A model generated the notes under the pieces. It worked only from the letters and a program-made list of their open reading frames with translations. It did not search any database and was not told where the DNA came from. Positions 51,763-55,152 of a DNA stretch of 55,152 bases are shown piece after piece. The DNA lies in NCBI GenBank assembly GCA_934591725.1, contig CAKTPR010000001.1, positions 1-55,152 on the forward strand. The letters run 5' to 3'. Source of the stretch: an uncultured Oscillospiraceae bacterium. Lineage in GTDB: Bacteria; Bacillota; Clostridia; Oscillospirales; Oscillospiraceae. Each line of letters opens with the position of its first letter. Positions within the stretch are counted from its first letter, which is position 1. The position numbers and the translations under genes are program-made.

Positions 51763-52875
51763 TCAGTCCTCGGTGAAGTCCGCGGCGGTGATATCCACGG
51801 CGGCGGGAGTGCGGCCGGAGACCTGCGCTGCGCGCTTTGCCTGCGGGGTGAGGAGCTTGTGCGCGTTCTCGCGTATCTCCTTTTCGATAGCGTCGCAGGC
51901 TTCGGGGTTGGCAAGAAGGTATTCCTTCACGCCGTCGCGCCCCTGAATGCGCTGGCCGTTGCAGGTGTACCATGCGCCGGCCTTGTCGATGATCTCAAGC
52001 TTCACGCCGAGGTCGATGATCTCACCGACCTTGGAGATGCCTTCGCCGTACATGATGTCAAACTCCGCCTCGCGGAACGGGGGAGCGACCTTGTTCTTGA
52101 CGACCTTGGCGCGCGTGCGGTTGCCGACCATCTCGCCGCCGACCTTGAGGGTCTCGATGCGGCGCACGTCGATGCGCACGGAGGCATAATACTTCAGCGC
52201 AAGACCGCCGGGGGTAGTCTCGGGGTTGCCGTACATGACGCCGATCTTCTGGCGCAGCTGGTTGATGAAAATGACGGTGCAGTTATTCTTCGAGATAGCA
52301 CCGGCCAGACGGCGCATTGCCTGGCTCATGAGCCTTGCCAGCGCGCCGACGACGGTATCGCCGACCTCGCCTTCGAGCTCGACGCGCGGAATGAGCGCCG
52401 CGACGGAGTCAACGACGAGCACGTCGATAGCACCGGAGCGGACGAGGGATTCGGCAATGTCAAGCGCCTGCTCGCCGGTGTCCGGCTGGGAAATGAGCAG
52501 GCTGTCGATATCGACACCGAGGGCTCTCGCGTATGCCGGTTCGAGGGCGTGCTCAACGTCTATATACGCAGCGTCCCCGCCGTTTTTCTGCGCGGAGGCG
52601 ACGACGTGCAGCGCAAGCGTAGTCTTACCGGATGCCTCAGGCCCGTATATCTCGACGATACGGCCGCGCGGAACGCCGCCGATGCCGAGGGCAAGGTCAA
52701 GGGACAGAGAGCCGGTGGAGAGCGCTTCGACGTTGACCGAGATATCGTCTCCAAGGCGCATGATGGTGCCCTTGCCGTAGTCCTTTTCTATCTTCGCAAT
52801 GGCTGTTTCGAGTGCTTTTTTCTTATCGCCGCTTGCGGGCGCGGTCACTGCAACTGCTTTTTTCTTCTCGGCCAT
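51763..52875 (-). CDS. recA: Recombinase RecA
   Basis: [23 protein letters not shown] is the typical N-terminal region. [16 protein letters not shown] is the Walker A motif. VVDSVAAL is also present. Confidence 0.97.
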   Translation of the reverse strand: MAEKKKAVAVTAPASGDKKKALETAIAKIEKDYGKGTIMRLGDDISVNVEALSTGSLSLDLALGIGGVPRGRIVEIYGPEASGKTTLALHVVASAQKNGGDAAYIDVEHALEPAYARALGVDIDSLLISQPDTGEQALDIAESLVRSGAIDVLVVDSVAALIPRVELEGEVGDTVVGALARLMSQAMRRLAGAISKNNCTVIFINQLRQKIGVMYGNPETTPGGLALKYYASVRIDVRRIETLKVGGEMVGNRTRAKVVKNKVAPPFREAEFDIMYGEGISKVGEIIDLGVKLEIIDKAGAWYTCNGQRIQGRDGVKEYLLANPEACDAIEKEIRENAHKLLTPQAKRAAQVSGRTPAAVDITAADFTED

Positions 52876-52915
52876 TTGTTCTCCCTCTCTTAAATAATCA
52901 GAATGGTTTATTATA

Positions 52916-53806
52916 TCACATTTTCCCGATGACGACGCGGTCGATCATCTGGGTGTCCTTCCTCGTCTGCGCCGAGGCAAAGCCCGCGGCCATGAGCATT
53001 TCGCACACGGCGCTTGCCTGACCCTCGCCGACCTCGAACATGAGGCAGCCGCCGGGGCGCAGCAGACTCTTCCAGTATTTTATAATTCCCTTGTAGAAGC
53101 GCAGCCCGTCCTCACCGCCGTCGAGCGCCCAGACAGGCTCATAGTCGCGCACGGAGCGGTCGAGCTTGGCAATCTCGGCGCTTTCTATGTACGGGGGGTT
53201 TGAGACTATAACGTCAAAGCTGCCGATGCCGAGCGGGGGCGAGCTTGTCGCATCCGCCTGCATGCAGATAACGCGCGAGCTGAGACGGTTCTTCGCGATG
53301 TTCTGCCGGCAGACCTCAAGCGCGCTTGCGCTGAGATCGACCGCGACAAGCTTCGTCGCGGGCAGCTCGTGCCCGATCGCGCAGGTGATGCAGCCGCTGC
53401 CGCAGCACAGGTCGAGCACACGCGCATCCATCTTGTACCCGGTGAGAAATTCCTTCACCGCGTCGACGAGAACCTCGGTGTCCATACGCGGGATGAGCAC
53501 GTCCGGCGTCACGGTCATGGGCAGCCCATAGAACTCCCAAGAGCCGGTTATGTAGGCGACGGGCTCGCCGCGCAGGCGGCGGGCGGTGTAGTCAAGAACA
53601 ATGTTTTCGACCTGCTCGGTCGTATATAGATTGATGTCCCGCAGAAGCTGCTGCACGGTCTTACCCGCGGCGCAGGCGACAAGGATCCGCGCTTCAAGCG
53701 CGTAGCCCTCAACGCCGTTCTGCCGCAGTATGTTCCTTGTGGACAGATAGATGTCGTTATATGTCTTCAATTTGTCCTCTCCAGATGCCTTATTTTCCCC
53801 ACTCAT
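52916..53806 (-). CDS. prmC: Release factor glutamine N5-methyltransferase PrmC (start uncertain: 53806, 53821 or 53854)
   Basis: [11 protein letters not shown] is the SAM-binding motif and IVSNPPYI is the catalytic NPPY motif. The gene overlaps the 3' end of the DUF1385 gene. Confidence 0.85.
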   Translation of the reverse strand: MSGENKASGEDKLKTYNDIYLSTRNILRQNGVEGYALEARILVACAAGKTVQQLLRDINLYTTEQVENIVLDYTARRLRGEPVAYITGSWEFYGLPMTVTPDVLIPRMDTEVLVDAVKEFLTGYKMDARVLDLCCGSGCITCAIGHELPATKLVAVDLSASALEVCRQNIAKNRLSSRVICMQADATSSPPLGIGSFDVIVSNPPYIESAEIAKLDRSVRDYEPVWALDGGEDGLRFYKGIIKYWKSLLRPGGCLMFEVGEGQASAVCEMLMAAGFASAQTRKDTQMIDRVVIGKM

Positions 53807-54740
53807 CGCTGCCCTTTTCATCGGGTATGACAAGCTCCAGCGCGCGGATCGCACACTCTATCATCGAGTCGTCAGGCTCGTTTGTGGTCAGGTGCTGGAG
53901 CCACTTGCCGGGAGCCGACAGCGCGGCGGACAGCCAGTTGTCATGCAGGCCGCACCAGCGGTTTATCTCATAGCTTATCCCGACGACGACCGGCAGCAGC
54001 AGCAGGTGACAGCCCATGCGGGCAAAGCTGTTGTCGAGCCGGACGACGGAGTTTACAAGGATGCTGACCACGACCACGACGAGCAGAAAGCTCGTCCCGC
54101 AGCGGGGATGGAAGCGGGACTCCTCACGGACGTTCTCGACCGTGAGCTCCTTGCCGTGCTCGTAGCAGAAGATGGTCTTATGCTCCGCGCCGTGGTAGGA
54201 GAACAGACGCTTCACGTCGCTCACGCAGGTACACAGCTTCATGTACGCGAGCAGGATGATGACGCGTACAAGACCCTCTGACAGATTACGCACAAAATAG
54301 CTCGCTGTCAAGGGCTTTATCAGGCCGACGATGGCCGCCGGCAGGAAGATGAACAGAAACAGGGACAGCGCGATGCCGAGCACGACAGCCGTGCCGATGA
54401 TGAGCTTCTGCGCCTTGTCCTCAGGGAAGTGATCCTCTATCCATTTATCGAGCTTATCAGGCTCGCCCTGCTCCTCAATGGGGACGAGGCTTGCCGAATA
54501 GGTCAGCGCCTGCATACCCTTTACCATCGAGTCAAGGAATATGGCGCAGCCGCGGATGAGCGGCCAGCCGAGGATGGGGTACTTGTCCTTTATGAATTTG
54601 AGCTCTTCGGTCTTTTCAACAAGACCGTCCTTCGTGCGGCAGACGATAGCCTGCTTTTTCGGGCCGCGCATGAGGATGCCCTCAATGAGCGCCTGCCCGC
54701 CTATGGAAGTGCGGAAACCGCAGGATCTGCTGTTTTTCAA
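53790..54740 (-). CDS. DUF1385 domain-containing membrane protein
   Basis: IGGQALIEGILMRGP and YHGAEHKTIFCYE are family motifs. The position upstream of prmC is the conserved one. Confidence 0.8.
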   Translation of the reverse strand: MKNSRSCGFRTSIGGQALIEGILMRGPKKQAIVCRTKDGLVEKTEELKFIKDKYPILGWPLIRGCAIFLDSMVKGMQALTYSASLVPIEEQGEPDKLDKWIEDHFPEDKAQKLIIGTAVVLGIALSLFLFIFLPAAIVGLIKPLTASYFVRNLSEGLVRVIILLAYMKLCTCVSDVKRLFSYHGAEHKTIFCYEHGKELTVENVREESRFHPRCGTSFLLVVVVVSILVNSVVRLDNSFARMGCHLLLLPVVVGISYEINRWCGLHDNWLSAALSAPGKWLQHLTTNEPDDSMIECAIRALELVIPDEKGSDEWGK

Positions 54741-54780
54741 TTCGGGGTTCTCCTTTGTAAGTGCGATAGAAAAAATAGTA

Positions 54781-55152
54781 TCAGGTGTTCATCGGCAGGC
54801 TGACGGAGACGACGCAGCCGCCGCCGGGGGCGTTATCGATATCGAGCCTGCCGCCGTGGCGGGTGACGATCTCATCGCACACTGATAGGCCGATGCCGGT
54901 GCCGCGGTTCTTGGAGCTGCCCTTGTAGAACTTCTCCTTGACGTGCGGAAGCTCACCCTCAGGGATGCCGTGGCCGTAGTCGCGCACGGTGATGTGAACA
55001 AAGCTGCCGTCATCGTCGAGCTTTATATCCACCTTGCCGCCCTCGCCGCCGTGCTTCATGGCGTTGTCAAGCAGATTGAGAAACACCTGCTTGAGACGCT
55101 CCGGGTCGCCGGGGATGAGCGGTATCTCAACGGGCGGCTCGGTATAATTGAC
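54781..55152 (-). CDS. Sensor histidine kinase, C-terminal HATPase domain (partial, continues beyond the window)
   Basis: N box LLDNAMKHG, G1 box RDYGHGI and G2 box GTGIGLSV. The reading frame stays open to the window edge. Confidence 0.85.
   Translation of the reverse strand, partial: VNYTEPPVEIPLIPGDPERLKQVFLNLLDNAMKHGGEGGKVDIKLDDDGSFVHITVRDYGHGIPEGELPHVKEKFYKGSSKNRGTGIGLSVCDEIVTRHGGRLDIDNAPGGGCVVSVSLPMNT

Noticed and set aside
52876-52960. I looked for a LexA/Cheo box (CGAAC-N4-GTTCG) upstream of recA.
   Set aside because: I found none. Only an extended -10-like TGTGATATAAT abuts the prmC stop. recA may be co-transcribed with prmC, or the SOS box may lie elsewhere. There is no positive evidence to report.
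1-55152. I searched the whole window for CRISPR arrays, tRNA/rRNA genes, transposases, integrases, prophage or toxin-antitoxin modules, and recognisable defence-system genes.
   Set aside because: I recognised none in any frame or in the intergenic DNA. The intergenic regions are short and are accounted for by promoters, leaders and terminators. By-eye inspection cannot exclude small or highly diverged elements.

Overview
This is a chromosomal segment from a GC-rich, endospore-forming Firmicute. The class Clostridia is inferred from gene content only, and any family-level placement would be a guess. I count about 63 protein-coding genes, two T-box leaders and one candidate metal riboswitch. 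I saw no rRNA, tRNA, CRISPR array, transposase or integrase.

Gene order, left to right:
- 0.2-3.5 kb: a Trp-type T-box leader driving a COG2984/COG4120/COG1101 ABC importer.
- 3.6-5.0 kb: the sporulation/division cluster yabP-yabQ-divIC-yabR.
- 5.1-6.7 kb, minus strand: a CrtO-like membrane acyltransferase translationally coupled to an MGDG-synthase-like glycosyltransferase.
- 6.9-10.2 kb: an operon of an SPFH protein with zinc ribbons, a YdjG-like protein and a TPM-domain protein.
- 10.3-15.8 kb, minus strand: two YhgE/Pip paralogues flanking a small membrane protein with an acidic tail. This operon converges on the SPFH operon.
- 16.1-29.2 kb: a 13-gene, tightly coupled glycan operon. It encodes a phosphoglycosyl transferase, an epimerase, five glycosyltransferases, two hexapeptide acetyltransferases, a TupA-like ATP-grasp enzyme, a Wzx flippase and an SGNH-like/MBOAT pair. 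No Wzy or Wzz is present.
- 29.2-31.6 kb: tspO, a second convergent TupA-like ATP-grasp gene, an AT-rich patch with an XRE regulator, and ireB.
- 31.8-35.8 kb: pheST with a Phe T-box.
- 35.9-37.6 kb: a lipoprotein gene and alr.
- 37.7-44.7 kb: a metal block. It holds a CDF exporter behind a possible czcD/NiCo-like leader, a DUF3793-flavodoxin operon, an HMA protein plus a short DtxR-like regulator, feoA-feoA-feoB plus an untracked 57-aa Cys-rich peptide, and a divergent DtxR repressor.
- 44.8-47.7 kb: a PNPOx-like gene, hxlR, patB/malY and an EFR1-type flavodoxin-ferredoxin.
- 47.8-55.2 kb: cysS, pgsA, rimO, recX, recA, prmC, a DUF1385 gene and a partial histidine kinase.

The most interesting sequence-level signal is an 18-bp dyad, GGTTA-N8-TAAC(C/T), that occurs six times. 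Every copy sits in a regulatory position of the feo, dtxR or flavodoxin genes.
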